Origin: an uncultured Poribacteria bacterium
Lineage (GTDB): Bacteria; Poribacteria; WGA-4E; WGA-3G
Length of the DNA stretch: 64,000 bases
Direction: 5' to 3'
Assembly: GCA_958296135.2 (NCBI GenBank)
Contig: CATQHZ020000001.1
Location: 416,001 to 480,000 of the forward strand
In this document: in pieces, positions 10,100-20,241 of the stretch
How the letters are laid out: every line of letters begins with the position of its first letter
Position numbering within the stretch: the first letter of the stretch is position 1
Position numbers and translations under genes: made by a program
The notes under the pieces: model-generated
The model's database searches: none
What the model saw: the letters and a program-made list of their open reading frames with translations, nothing else
Told to the model about the DNA's origin: nothing

Positions 10100-10179
10100 C
10101 ATGTTGAGGGACAGGCCCTCAACCTACGGGACGGTTAGTGATGTCACAGCATGTTGAGGGACAGGCCCTCAACCTACGG
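10100..10179 (-). repeat. Two identical 30-bp REP copies in tandem (period 50)
   Basis: catgttgagggacaggccctcaacctacgg at 10100 and 10150. Confidence 0.9.
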
Positions 10180-10194
10180 TGAGTTCAGATACGA

Positions 10195-11112
10195 TTATGG
10201 CACGACTACCCCGGCGACTTTGCATTGGACGCGATAAAGCGAGGTGCTCGCCGTGATAAACAGGCTTGTCCAATCATCGCCGCCCCAAGCGAGGTTCGCG
10301 GCGCGCTCCGGCACGTGAATCACGCCAAGGTGTGTGCCATCTGGGGCGAAGACCCAGATTCCACCCGGTCCGGTTAAATAGACATTTCCGTGCACATCTA
10401 CCTTCATGCCATCAGGTTTCCCGTTCTCACCTTCTTCCACACCGAAGAGGCGGCCGTTAGCAATCGTGCCATCCGCTTGGACATCAAACGCGCGGATGTG
10501 CATGCGCTCGGTGTCGTCAATGTAGAGAATAGCCTCGTTTGGCGAAAAGCAGAGCCCGTTCGGCCGGTAGAAATCGTCAACGAGGAGCGTCAACGTGCCG
10601 CCATCAGGCGACAGGCGATATACGCCTTGAAAATCGAGTTCCTTCGCCGCTTCAACGCCATACGTCGAGGTTAAGCCGTAAGGCGGATCGGTGAAATAGA
10701 TGCTCCCATCCGATTTGACGACAACATCGTTCGGGCTGTTCAAGCGTTTGCCTTCGTAGTGCGATGCGATGGTGACAACCTCGCCATCGGCAGTCGTCCG
10801 GGACACGCGGCGGTTGGTATGTTCACAAGCGATGAGACACCCCTGTTTATCGTAAGTCAATCCGTTCGAGTTCCCCGAAGGTTGCCGGAAGACGCTCATC
10901 TCTCCTGTGGCTGCGTCCCACTGCTGTATCGTGTTGGCGGGGATATCACTAAACAGCAGAAACTTCTCGTCGGCGTTCCAGAGCGGTCCCTCGGTAAACT
11001 CGCATCCGGTCGCGAGTTGCTCAATGCCTGCGTCCGCGTCAACTACATCCCATAACCGTGAGTCGCACGCGCGAGCATTCATGTGCACTAAACCTATCTC
11101 AACATTCTTCAT
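10195..11112 (-). CDS. SMP-30/gluconolactonase family protein
   Basis: FTEGPLW, SNGL, LNSPNDV, FTDPPYG, PNGLCFSP, PDGMKVD. Confidence 0.92.
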   Translation of the reverse strand: MKNVEIGLVHMNARACDSRLWDVVDADAGIEQLATGCEFTEGPLWNADEKFLLFSDIPANTIQQWDAATGEMSVFRQPSGNSNGLTYDKQGCLIACEHTNRRVSRTTADGEVVTIASHYEGKRLNSPNDVVVKSDGSIYFTDPPYGLTSTYGVEAAKELDFQGVYRLSPDGGTLTLLVDDFYRPNGLCFSPNEAILYIDDTERMHIRAFDVQADGTIANGRLFGVEEGENGKPDGMKVDVHGNVYLTGPGGIWVFAPDGTHLGVIHVPERAANLAWGGDDWTSLFITASTSLYRVQCKVAGVVVP

Positions 11113-11301
11113 ATCGTGTCAACCTCGGTGAAAAAAGCGAGGTAACCCCGCGTTGCTCCTAATATATTTTTATGGCGTTAAATTTTCCTTGACATCTTCT
11201 CCGATTTACGTTATCATAAATAGAGATGCCGCGGTATCGTCAGATTTCGCGAGGTGGTAGCGCGCCACTCACGACGCGCGCTCGGTAATCGGAGAAATTC
11301 A

Positions 11302-11375
<74 letters not shown>

Positions 11376-11395
11376 ACATTTTCAAATACGTATAT

Positions 11396-11424
11396 AGTAT
11401 ACCACATTAGACGCAATTTGTCAA
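11396..11424 (-). promoter_or_regulatory. sigma70-type promoter for tRNA-Arg
   Basis: TTGACA-17-TATACT with extended -10 TG, ending 20 bp upstream of the tRNA. Confidence 0.8.
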
Positions 11425-11589
11425 ATTTTTTTGTGTTTTTTATTTTTCGACTCTCATCCCTGTCCGGTCAGAGGCGTTTAGTTGTTCCGTTTCGGATTTT
11501 CTGGGATAACATCAAAAACCGAAACCTAAATCCCTCTGCTGTCGGGGTTTGTTCTGCGTCAGTCCAATTTAAAAGGGAGGAATAAACAA

Positions 11590-12690
11590 ATGAAACGCAG
11601 ATTTCAACAACTTTCGATTCTTGGGGCAATAGTGCTTTTTTTGTTCAGCCTTGCCCCGGAAGAGGTGGAGAGCCGGCGCGGTGGCGGCCGGAGTTTCAGC
11701 CGGAGCCGCAGTTCTAGCCGCAGTTCTAGTCGGCGGAGTTACACGCCGAGGCGTTCCACTAGTAGTACCCGAAGTAGCAGCTCTTCCCGGAGCACGTACA
11801 CACGTCCGCGGAGTTCAACTTCCAGCGGTACGCGCACCACACGGAGTGCTGGCACGCGCGCAAGTACGACTGCCCGTCAGAGACAAACTGCGACGAATCG
11901 CGCGAAGACGACAACCGCCACGTCATCGCGGAAGGCGACTTCAACGCGAAACGCAGCTAAAACGCGAAGTCAACAGCAGCAGGCAAAGTCGCAAAACCGC
12001 AAACAGGTGCGGCAGCTCAAAGCGGAGAACCGCCAATTGAAGCGCGACAACAGACGCGCAAATCGGGAAACTGCCCGCGCTCGCCGTGATGCACGCTCAT
12101 CGATTAATATCAACAACTTCGGTGGGTATTATCCCATGGCCGGCTACTCAATGTATGGACTAGGTGCCTCCATGGCGTTTAACAACCTCATGTTCGGCAT
12201 CTACTTCCACGACTATTACAACCACGCGATCCGCCATAGTTATATGTGGCACTATCACCACCGAGACTACGACCGGTCGCACTGGGATGCCAAGAAGCAG
12301 GCGGAGTATGAACACTATAAGGAATACTACGAAAGCCAAGGCATCGAGCCCAACCCGAATTACGTTGACCCGGGCACTAATCGTGACGAGGACTACGCTG
12401 CAAGCTACGTCCAAGAGAATCCCGATGAGTTTTACGGTGAGAACGCCGAGGTTTTCACCGTTGATGAACTTCCCGATGAAGAGGCACTGAAGGCAGAGCT
12501 CCTCGCGGCTGCTGAGACACCGACAGCGACTACCGCCGTGGCGGCGCGCGCACCGCCTGCGCCAGCCGCGCCGCAAAAAGTGGTAATTGAAAAGAAGACT
12601 TCGGGTGGAACGTGGTTCGTCCTGATCTTCGGCGGGCTTCTCATCGTCGGCGTAATCGTCATGGTGATGTATAATAAGGGTTACTTCTAG
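11590..12690 (+). CDS. Exported/membrane-anchored hypothetical protein with Arg/Ser/Thr-rich low-complexity region
   Basis: GGGAGG RBS; N-terminal signal peptide, RS-rich tract, His/Tyr-rich core, C-terminal TM helix. Confidence 0.8.
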   Translation: MKRRFQQLSILGAIVLFLFSLAPEEVESRRGGGRSFSRSRSSSRSSSRRSYTPRRSTSSTRSSSSSRSTYTRPRSSTSSGTRTTRSAGTRASTTARQRQTATNRAKTTTATSSRKATSTRNAAKTRSQQQQAKSQNRKQVRQLKAENRQLKRDNRRANRETARARRDARSSININNFGGYYPMAGYSMYGLGASMAFNNLMFGIYFHDYYNHAIRHSYMWHYHHRDYDRSHWDAKKQAEYEHYKEYYESQGIEPNPNYVDPGTNRDEDYAASYVQENPDEFYGENAEVFTVDELPDEEALKAELLAAAETPTATTAVAARAPPAPAAPQKVVIEKKTSGGTWFVLIFGGLLIVGVIVMVMYNKGYF

Positions 12691-12779
12691 AACGGGCACC
12701 GCTCAAGCAACGTAGGCGGGGGCCTGTCCCCCGCCCTACGTCACAACGGGACGGTTCTGATACTTTTGGATATAAAAAC

Positions 12780-13409
12780 ATGGCACTTTTTGGGAGAAAA
12801 AACGGCAAATCTCTATTTGGCAAACGGAAAACCGACAAGCCGAAAAAACCGCAGCGGCACGAGCTCGTCGATATTCCTGTTGACAGTATGATAGAGCTCT
12901 CCGACATCACAACTTACGAGGAGACCGGCGATACCTCGCACGCCTATAAACTCGTCACGCGGAAGAAGTATGTCGGCGAAGGACTCCTCCGCTATATGTA
13001 TCACATCCAAGATACGGAAACGGAGGTTGTGCTCGGGGTCGATCGGATTGCGGGGACGAAGGACGAGTATGAAATCTCGCGATGGATTGTCGATGGCGAA
13101 GAGGAGTTGGGCGATCCGCTGCCCGATGAGATAACGCTCCACTACCCACATCCCGATAATGAAAACGAGGAGATTGAGGTGGTATACGGTAGACAGGATG
13201 TTGTCCCGGCAACGCTCACCGTTACCACTGCGCAGGGACAAGAGGAATTCTCGGCGGAACTCCACGAATACGCTACCGATGGGGATGAGTTTATGTCGGT
13301 GGAACTTTGCGGGGATTGGTTAACGTTCTACGTCGGCGCGCTCATCGCGCGTTCCGATATTGAGATTTACCCGGCGATAGAGACTGAGGCACCAACGGGT
13401 GGCCGGTAG
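12780..13409 (+). CDS. Acidic hypothetical protein (weak DUF4178-like resemblance)
   Basis: 209-aa ORF co-oriented with 11590; C-terminal 'EY....EFMSVE...FYVG' pattern. Confidence 0.65.
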   Translation: MALFGRKNGKSLFGKRKTDKPKKPQRHELVDIPVDSMIELSDITTYEETGDTSHAYKLVTRKKYVGEGLLRYMYHIQDTETEVVLGVDRIAGTKDEYEISRWIVDGEEELGDPLPDEITLHYPHPDNENEEIEVVYGRQDVVPATLTVTTAQGQEEFSAELHEYATDGDEFMSVELCGDWLTFYVGALIARSDIEIYPAIETEAPTGGR

Positions 13410-13546
13410 GCGCGCGGTGGAAGCGCGCCTACGGGGTTTGTCCTGCCGCTTGTCTCCGCTTGTCACCGTAGGACGAGGGCCTGTCCCTCGTCATCTCCCG
13501 ATGTCTGACTCGCGAAGGAAAAATAGAGGATAGGAGGTAACTGAAA

Positions 13547-14077
13547 ATGAGCAGCCTCAAACTGACAGATGCCGAGGTCTATCAACAGTTGCTAGATGAC
13601 TTGCTGGAGAACCTCGGTCCCCATGGACTCAAGCGGTTTCTCATCTATGCCAAAGCCGCTCGCGGCGAACTAGCCGCCGCATGCCAGCCTTGGGTAACCT
13701 ATATGGAGGAGGAAACGATCCAGCGGGGAATGCAGGCGATGCCTCCAGTGCAAGGCGGCTCTCCGCAAGATAAGGCGAAAGTTGTCTATGCACGCGGCAA
13801 AAAGACAGCAGCGGTGACTTCTCTGGCGGAAGTACCAAGCGAGCCGCCGAAAAACCTCAGCGCGATGACAGATGATGAACTGCATCGGTTTGGGCTTGAA
13901 CTGATGGGCAAGAATCTGGGACTCTTCGGGATGATGGTGTTTAGTCGATTGTGCACGCCGGGCACAGGCGACTACACCCGCGACCGGCATAAATGGCTGA
14001 GCAAACTGGACCGGGAAACAGTGCTTGCGCAAATTCGGCAGCTCCAAGAAGCATCCTTAGACAGCAGAAAGGCATAG
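13547..14077 (+). CDS. Hypothetical protein with two copies of a small antitoxin-like domain
   Basis: GGAGG RBS; LTDAEVYQQLLDDLLENLGPHGLKRFL and MTDDELHRFGLELMGKNLG...GDYTRDRHKWL. Confidence 0.7.
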   Translation: MSSLKLTDAEVYQQLLDDLLENLGPHGLKRFLIYAKAARGELAAACQPWVTYMEEETIQRGMQAMPPVQGGSPQDKAKVVYARGKKTAAVTSLAEVPSEPPKNLSAMTDDELHRFGLELMGKNLGLFGMMVFSRLCTPGTGDYTRDRHKWLSKLDRETVLAQIRQLQEASLDSRKA

Positions 14078-14175
14078 GCGAACTCGTGTTCGGCACATCA
14101 GACGGTTCATATCTGACAGACCCGAGAAAAACCAACTTCATTTGATATTATTTCCCAAAAAAAGGAGGATTACCC

Positions 14176-17034
14176 ATGGCGCGGAAAAAACGAACCGCCA
14201 AACCACAGGATACCGACATCCAAGACTACCGGCACGATACTGCCACCCGAAAGAATAACCCTCCCGCAGGCATCGCCGCACGCGGGAAACTTCGCGAACC
14301 GCCGAAGGTGGCATACGCCTATAACCCACACCTGCCACCAACACTCCGCTTTGACGAAAACGGCACCGCAGACCGGCTCCCCGAACTGCTCCAAAAAGCG
14401 CAACAGGGAGCACTCTCCACAGAGGAAGTCAACGTCATCGTTGAAGCACTCCGGCACTACGATGCACCGTGGCTGGAATGGAGCGGCAAACAGGAAGCAA
14501 CCGCGTTTACCGTAGACCCGGTCGCGTTGCATATCCACGAACGCGTCAGCGCGAAGGCCATTATGAAAATCGCGGCGCGCGAAAACGTCCAACGCAACCT
14601 CTTCGCCGACCCGCAGCTGGAATACAACGAAGCGGTAAAGTTTTATCAGCACGATGTGGCATGGGCGAACCGCCTCATCCTCGGCGATAGCCTCACTGTC
14701 ATGAGCTCCCTCGCGCGACGCGAAGACCTCGGGGGAAAGGTGCAGACGATTTACTTCGATCCGCCCTACGGCATCAAATACGCCTCCAACTTCCAACCCA
14801 CCGTCTTTCAGCGGAACGTCACCGACAGGCAAGCAGACTTGACTCGCGAACCAGAACAGATTCAGGCCTACCGCGATACATGGCACCTCGGCGTGCATTC
14901 TTACCTCGCTTACCTGCGGGACCGGCTGATGGTTGCCAGAGAATTACTCACCGATAGCGGCAGCATCTTTGTCCAGATCGGCGATGAGAATGTGCATCGG
15001 GTGCGGTGCCTGATAGACGAGGTATTCAGAAGCGAGAATTTTGTCAGTTCTGTCACCGTTAAAAAGTCTGGTTCAACGCCTTCCAGACAAATTGCAAACG
15101 TCACGGATCACCTGCTCTGGTATGCGAAATCCAAAGAGAAGGTGAAATTTAATCGGCTATTTCAGGGAAAAAATCTCAACGTTTACAATAGAGAAGATGA
15201 AAACGGCGATGCTTTTTCTTATGGCGATTTGCAGTCTGCCGGTGAAGTTAAAACCGATCAGCGGTTCTTGTTCCGAGGAAAAGTGTGGCTTCCAAGGCGA
15301 GGCTACCACTGGTCGACAAACGTGCAAGGACTACAGAACCTTGCAAAAGCCGACCGGATTGAAGTCGTGGGAAAAAACCTGAGATATAAACGGTATGCAA
15401 AGGACTTCCCAGTTACAGAATTAACGAATATCTGGGGAGATATATCAGGAGCTGCTGGAAATATCTACGCTGTCCAGACTTCCGCAAGAATTGTTGAACG
15501 CTGTATCCTCATGACAACCGACCCCGGTGACCTTGTTCTCGATCCGACGTGCGGCAGCGGCACCACGGCCTATGTCGCCGAGCAGTGGGGCAGACGCTGG
15601 ATAACCATTGATACCAGCCGCGTCGCCATTGCTCTCGCGCGCCAACGCCTCCTCACCAGCAGCTTTGACTATTACCAACTCAAAGAACCGTCAGCGGGCA
15701 TCGCGAGCGGATTCGTCAACAAAGTTGTGCCGCACATTACGCTCAAAAGCATTGCGCAAAATGATGCACTCGATCCGATTTTCGCCAAGCATGAGCCGAT
15801 TCTGACGGCGAAATTGGAGGAACTCAATCGGAGCCTTGCAGCAGTAGGGGGTAAGCTTCGTGCCGAACTGCTTGCCAAATTAGCGGCGAAGCAGAAGCGC
15901 GAGGGCAAAAGAGCCATCACCGAAGCAGACCGGCGGCGATGGATGCTTCCCGAAACTGCATGGCAGGAATGGGAGGTGCCTTTTGACACCGATTCGGAGT
16001 GGCCAGACGCATTGCGAACCGCGTTGACTGAGTATCGCGAAGCATTTCAGGCGAAGATGGCGGCAGTGAACGCGTGCATTGAATCTTCCTCTGAAGGCGA
16101 GGAGCTGGTCGATCAGCCGCAAGTCGAGCGCGGGAAGTTGCGCGTCAGCGGTCCCTTCACGGTAGAAGCGGTGCAACCCGCTGAGGAGTCATTGGATATC
16201 AAGGACGAACCGGAAGAGGTATTGGAGACGTTTGACGCGGAGACGACGAATGCGGAGGCGTATCTAAATAAGATGATTCGGTTGCTGCGCCAAGATGGGG
16301 TGCGGTTTCCGAACAATCAGACGATGCAATTCGCCACGTTGGAGCAGCGCGAAGGGGATGTTCTCCATGCCGAAGGGAGTTGGGAGAATGCCGAGGCAGA
16401 CCGGCACGTTGCTGTCGTCTTTGGGCCGCAGCACGGGCCTGTCACCTCGATGCAGGTGGAGCAGTGTGTGCGTGCTGCGTATCGGCGCGGCTATGATGAG
16501 CTAGTCTTCGCCGGTTTCAGTTTTGATGGTGCGGCGCAAGCCGCCATCCAAGACGATGCAGACCCGGAGCTCCGCATCCACCTCGCGTATATCACTCCTG
16601 ATGTAGCGATGGGCGATTTGCTCAAGGAGACCTCTTCCACGCAGTTGTTCACGGTGTTCGGGCTTCCGCGGACGAGGCTTGAGGAGACGAACGATGATAG
16701 GCATATCGTTACGATGGAGGGTGTGGACATCTACGATCCGGTGAAAAACCAGGTCATTTCCGCGAATGCAGACAAAGTGGCGGCGTGGTTCGTGGATACG
16801 GATTACGATGGGCGGACGTTCTGCATTTCGCAGGCATTTTTCCCGGATAAGAAAGCGTGGGCGAAGATTGCGCGTGCGCTGAAAGGTGTCGTTGATGCGG
16901 GACGTTTTGAGCAGTTTAGTGGGACGGTATCGTTGCCGTTTTCGGTAGGGAAGCATGGGCAGGTTGCGGTGAAGGTTATTGATGCGCGTGGGAATGAGGT
17001 GATGCGTGTGCATGAAACGCCCCGAGCACCGTAG
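14176..17034 (+). CDS. Site-specific N6-adenine DNA methyltransferase, type III Mod-like (beta class)
   Basis: NRLILGDSL, YFDPPYG, VLDPTCGSGTT; DPPY lies before motif I; 952 aa. Confidence 0.92.
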   Translation: MARKKRTAKPQDTDIQDYRHDTATRKNNPPAGIAARGKLREPPKVAYAYNPHLPPTLRFDENGTADRLPELLQKAQQGALSTEEVNVIVEALRHYDAPWLEWSGKQEATAFTVDPVALHIHERVSAKAIMKIAARENVQRNLFADPQLEYNEAVKFYQHDVAWANRLILGDSLTVMSSLARREDLGGKVQTIYFDPPYGIKYASNFQPTVFQRNVTDRQADLTREPEQIQAYRDTWHLGVHSYLAYLRDRLMVARELLTDSGSIFVQIGDENVHRVRCLIDEVFRSENFVSSVTVKKSGSTPSRQIANVTDHLLWYAKSKEKVKFNRLFQGKNLNVYNREDENGDAFSYGDLQSAGEVKTDQRFLFRGKVWLPRRGYHWSTNVQGLQNLAKADRIEVVGKNLRYKRYAKDFPVTELTNIWGDISGAAGNIYAVQTSARIVERCILMTTDPGDLVLDPTCGSGTTAYVAEQWGRRWITIDTSRVAIALARQRLLTSSFDYYQLKEPSAGIASGFVNKVVPHITLKSIAQNDALDPIFAKHEPILTAKLEELNRSLAAVGGKLRAELLAKLAAKQKREGKRAITEADRRRWMLPETAWQEWEVPFDTDSEWPDALRTALTEYREAFQAKMAAVNACIESSSEGEELVDQPQVERGKLRVSGPFTVEAVQPAEESLDIKDEPEEVLETFDAETTNAEAYLNKMIRLLRQDGVRFPNNQTMQFATLEQREGDVLHAEGSWENAEADRHVAVVFGPQHGPVTSMQVEQCVRAAYRRGYDELVFAGFSFDGAAQAAIQDDADPELRIHLAYITPDVAMGDLLKETSSTQLFTVFGLPRTRLEETNDDRHIVTMEGVDIYDPVKNQVISANADKVAAWFVDTDYDGRTFCISQAFFPDKKAWAKIARALKGVVDAGRFEQFSGTVSLPFSVGKHGQVAVKVIDARGNEVMRVHETPRAP

Positions 17035-17108
17035 CGCGGGGGCTTGTTCCCTGCGAACGTCTGTTGAGCAAACCGAGGCATGGCGAGGGACGAGCCCTCG
17101 CCCTACGG
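17029..17108. repeat. Inverted REP pair between convergent genes
   Basis: ccgtagcgcgggggcttgttccctgcg ... gcgagggacgagccctcgccctacgg. Confidence 0.8.
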
Positions 17109-17120
17109 GATACAGACTTC

Positions 17121-17858
17121 CTACGAAAGCCCTTCCCAATACTTCCACATATCGTCCGGGGTCTCAAACTTAATCTCATCCAAGTCTTTCCGGCGGTACC
17201 GTCCGATGAGCGCGATGCGAACCCTGCGTCCACAGTTCGGTCCGGCGGTGTGACTCATCTGGTGATGCCAGAAACAGACATCCCCGGCCTCACCCGTAAA
17301 CTCATAACTCGGCCCTAAGTCAAACGGCGCAACGCCGCCGGGGAGACTGTCCAGATCGTGGTAGCGGAAATACTCCGCCCAGATGCGATGGCTGTCTGGC
17401 CAGACAGTGAAGCCACCGCCTTGCTTCTCAACGGTTTCAAGATAGACAGTAGCACCGAGCGTGAAAGAACCGACGACACCTTTCGGAACCCCGTTCGTCG
17501 GTGTGTGGTAACCGTCGAGGTGTCCCATCGGTTCGCGCCATTCTCTGTCCGGATCGGGAAAATTGATATGCGGTCCCGCGCCGCCGCCCGTATTCAATTT
17601 GCCCTCACCGACGAGCTCCTCCGCCATCTCGAAGACGTTGTTGCCGTAGATGGTGCCACGGATGACATCCTCGCCGCCGATCGGCGCTGTGCGGTAACCC
17701 TTGCGAATCCAGGATGCCGGATCGTTTCTGTCTTCTTCCAACGACTCCCAGACTCTGTCAAGTGCTGCATCAATTGCTTCCTGCATGAGCGCGCCGCGAA
17801 CGACGAGATAGCCGTTCTCTTTGAAAAATGCTTTGTCGTGCGCTGTTAAATATGCCAT
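17121..17858 (-). CDS. Phytanoyl-CoA dioxygenase (PhyH) family protein
   Basis: FFKENGYLVV, HLD, GGFTVWPDSH, GEAGDVCFWH..MSH; start moved to ATG 17858 after an AGGAG RBS. Confidence 0.85.
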   Translation of the reverse strand: MAYLTAHDKAFFKENGYLVVRGALMQEAIDAALDRVWESLEEDRNDPASWIRKGYRTAPIGGEDVIRGTIYGNNVFEMAEELVGEGKLNTGGGAGPHINFPDPDREWREPMGHLDGYHTPTNGVPKGVVGSFTLGATVYLETVEKQGGGFTVWPDSHRIWAEYFRYHDLDSLPGGVAPFDLGPSYEFTGEAGDVCFWHHQMSHTAGPNCGRRVRIALIGRYRRKDLDEIKFETPDDMWKYWEGLS

Positions 17859-17995
17859 GGTTTTGGTTCTCCTTATAGCACGAAAATCCAATAGGAGGGA
17901 CATCCCTGTCCCGATATATTGACGTGTCGAGACCGGGAGGACCCGCCTACCGGAAGACATTGAGACCGGGAGGACTCGCCTACGGCACGCCGCGA

Positions 17996-19180
17996 TTATT
18001 TCGGCGCGCAGACCGTAAACCCGCTCTCTTCAACTGCCCGCTGATACGGCGTTTCGTCAAGCGATAAACCGAAGCCGGGAAGTTCCGGTATATGTATGTA
18101 GCCATCCACTATCTCGTAAACTGAGTCGTCTATTCCAGGAACAGTGGCGTGATCCCACTCCACAAACTGGAACAGATCGATTTTGGACGCGAGGTGCCCC
18201 GTGGCAAAGTTCCCGTAATACCCACCGTAATGATGCGGCGCAGTGCCAACGTTCCAGTCATCAAGCTGCGGGCCCAATTCCAGCCACCGTGTGAAGCCGG
18301 GACTGAAAATGTCATACTGCACGACATCAACGAGCCCCTCTTCTGCCCACTGCAATAAGTGTGGAGAGGCACCGCCTTCACCATCAGCAATCTTCGTCAT
18401 CAAGCCTTCCGCATTCAACCACTCTTTCAGGTTGCTATACAAGCGTGCGTCTTCGTGGAACGCCTCCTCCATCCAGTAGACCTCGGCATCGGCAGTTTCG
18501 CTCAACACCCGCTTGGTGAGATTGAGGTTATAGCCGTTGTTGGCATCCAGCAGAATCGTCGCTTTCCGCCCCACTGCTTCTCGCGCTGCCTTGATGACGC
18601 GGATGTCGCGTTGCGTGCCTTTTTCGAGCGGCATGTGCATCGCGCCGCGTCCCACCTTAATTTTGAAGGCGGTATGCCCGCGCGCCGCGCCTTCTAACGC
18701 CTCGGAAGCGATGAGGGCTGCGGCTTCATCATTGTCTTCCAGATGAAGATCATCGATGTATAGCGACGTGTCGTAGCACGGAACGCGGAATGAACCGTGT
18801 TTTCCAAGGGGTTCCTTGAGGTTCAGCAACACGGCGTAGACCGGCTTCTGCTCTAGTTGTCCAAGCAAATCCCAGAGCGGATATTCCAGCATCCGAAATG
18901 CCTCTTTCACTTGGGGCACCTTCCCTCTCGCCCCCTCCTGTTCCCAATTTTCAGGAAACTCAAACGCGTCGTTTAGGTGAAACCCGACGATGGATTCCGC
19001 AACTTCCTTTGAGAGGTGCGCGCGGCCGAAACCGCTGACTCCGTCAAACGTCGTTATCCGCGCGATGGAGGGACTGACATGGAGTCCGTGTTCGCCGAGT
19101 CGGGAATTGCATCCGGCTTTCCGGGGGCGTTCCCCGGTTAAGCGGCCCCACTCAATTCGTTCAATTCTGACGTTATGCAT
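17996..19180 (-). CDS. Mandelate racemase/muconate lactonizing (enolase superfamily) protein
   Basis: LWDLLG, FKIKVG, LLDANN, WMEE, ADGE, PGFGL. Confidence 0.88.
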   Translation of the reverse strand: MHNVRIERIEWGRLTGERPRKAGCNSRLGEHGLHVSPSIARITTFDGVSGFGRAHLSKEVAESIVGFHLNDAFEFPENWEQEGARGKVPQVKEAFRMLEYPLWDLLGQLEQKPVYAVLLNLKEPLGKHGSFRVPCYDTSLYIDDLHLEDNDEAAALIASEALEGAARGHTAFKIKVGRGAMHMPLEKGTQRDIRVIKAAREAVGRKATILLDANNGYNLNLTKRVLSETADAEVYWMEEAFHEDARLYSNLKEWLNAEGLMTKIADGEGGASPHLLQWAEEGLVDVVQYDIFSPGFTRWLELGPQLDDWNVGTAPHHYGGYYGNFATGHLASKIDLFQFVEWDHATVPGIDDSVYEIVDGYIHIPELPGFGLSLDETPYQRAVEESGFTVCAPK

Positions 19181-19189
19181 GCCTTCTCC

Positions 19190-19699
19190 CTATATCTGCG
19201 TTTCAAGCAGCGCGAGGCTCTTCGGGTCCAACCGATGGTAGTTCTCTATTTCGTAGCGATTGCCGTCAGCATCCTTGATCAGCACCTTCCCGCTATCAAG
19301 GGTGACGACATCGTATCGCGTCTTCAATCCGAATTCCACCATGCCGCGGTTGGTTTCAACAACCCATCTCGTCACGCCGAATTCTCCTGCCAAGGAGTAG
19401 ATTTTGGTAATCTTCGGCATGAAATACCGCCGTTGCAGCTCCGTAGTTAAGATTTTCTGCGAATCTTTGGGGAGATGCTTGAGGTCCTGAATCACCCCGA
19501 TTTCGTTCTCTTCGCTATCCAACAAGGAGATGTATCTGCTGGATTCGCTGAGCGGGAATGCGAGCACCGGTTGAATGTTCGTGTGGCTGGTGCGATCTGG
19601 GAGTGTGACGATCAATTCTTCAAACGCGTTCCGCTTGATGTGAATCTGGTTTGCGTCTAGGAATTGCAATTCCTCGGTAATGTGAATAGGTTCTTGCAT
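19190..19699 (-). CDS. DUF1854-family protein
   Basis: VLAFPLS, RYFMPKI, WVVETNRG, DADGNRYEI; follows the ABC transporter, the usual pairing for this family. Confidence 0.8.
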   Translation of the reverse strand: MQEPIHITEELQFLDANQIHIKRNAFEELIVTLPDRTSHTNIQPVLAFPLSESSRYISLLDSEENEIGVIQDLKHLPKDSQKILTTELQRRYFMPKITKIYSLAGEFGVTRWVVETNRGMVEFGLKTRYDVVTLDSGKVLIKDADGNRYEIENYHRLDPKSLALLETQI

Positions 19700-19737
19700 T
19701 GTATGCTCCTATGAAAATTACCCAATAAATCGGACCC

Positions 19738-20241
19738 GGTAGGAGGGACATCCCTGTCCCTATCCCGTGTCAGTAGGCGGGACATCCCTGTCCCGATACT
19801 GATGCCGGTAGGCGGGACATCCCTGTCCCGATACCGATGCCGGTAGGCGGGACATCCTTGTCCCGATACCGATGCCGGTAGGAGAAATCGAGACGCGGGA
19901 GGTCTCTCCTACGGGTTCGTTACCATGCCCGAATCTTCGACAATTCTGTCTGCTTGGTGCACAACCCTGCATAGGTGCCCTCTTTGGCAAGCGGGACATC
20001 CCTATCCCGATACCGATGCCGGTAGGCGGGACATCCCTGTCCCTATCCCGTGTCAGTAGGCGGGACATCCTTGTCCCGATACCGATGCCAGTAGGCGGGA
20101 CATCCCTGTCCCGATACCGATGCCGGTAGGAAAAAATCGAGACGCGGGAGGTCTCTCCTACGGGTTCGTTACCATGCCCGAATCTTCGACAATTCTGTCT
20201 GCTTGGTGCACAACCCTGCATAGGTGCCCTCTTTGGCAAGC
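19738..20241. repeat. REP array of about 35-bp units plus a 249-bp tandem duplication including the ABC gene 3' end
   Basis: Eight GGGACATCCCTGTCCC-type units, most preceded by GTAGG; 19920-19992 is identical to 20169-20241. Confidence 0.9.

Noticed and set aside
14176-17034. Phase-variable simple sequence repeat in the Mod gene
   Set aside because: No long homopolymer or short tandem tract was seen.
19738-20130. Regularly spaced ~35-bp repeats resembling a CRISPR array
   Set aside because: The intervening sequences are short and near-identical rather than unique spacers, no cas genes are present, and the units are GTAGG-type REPs.
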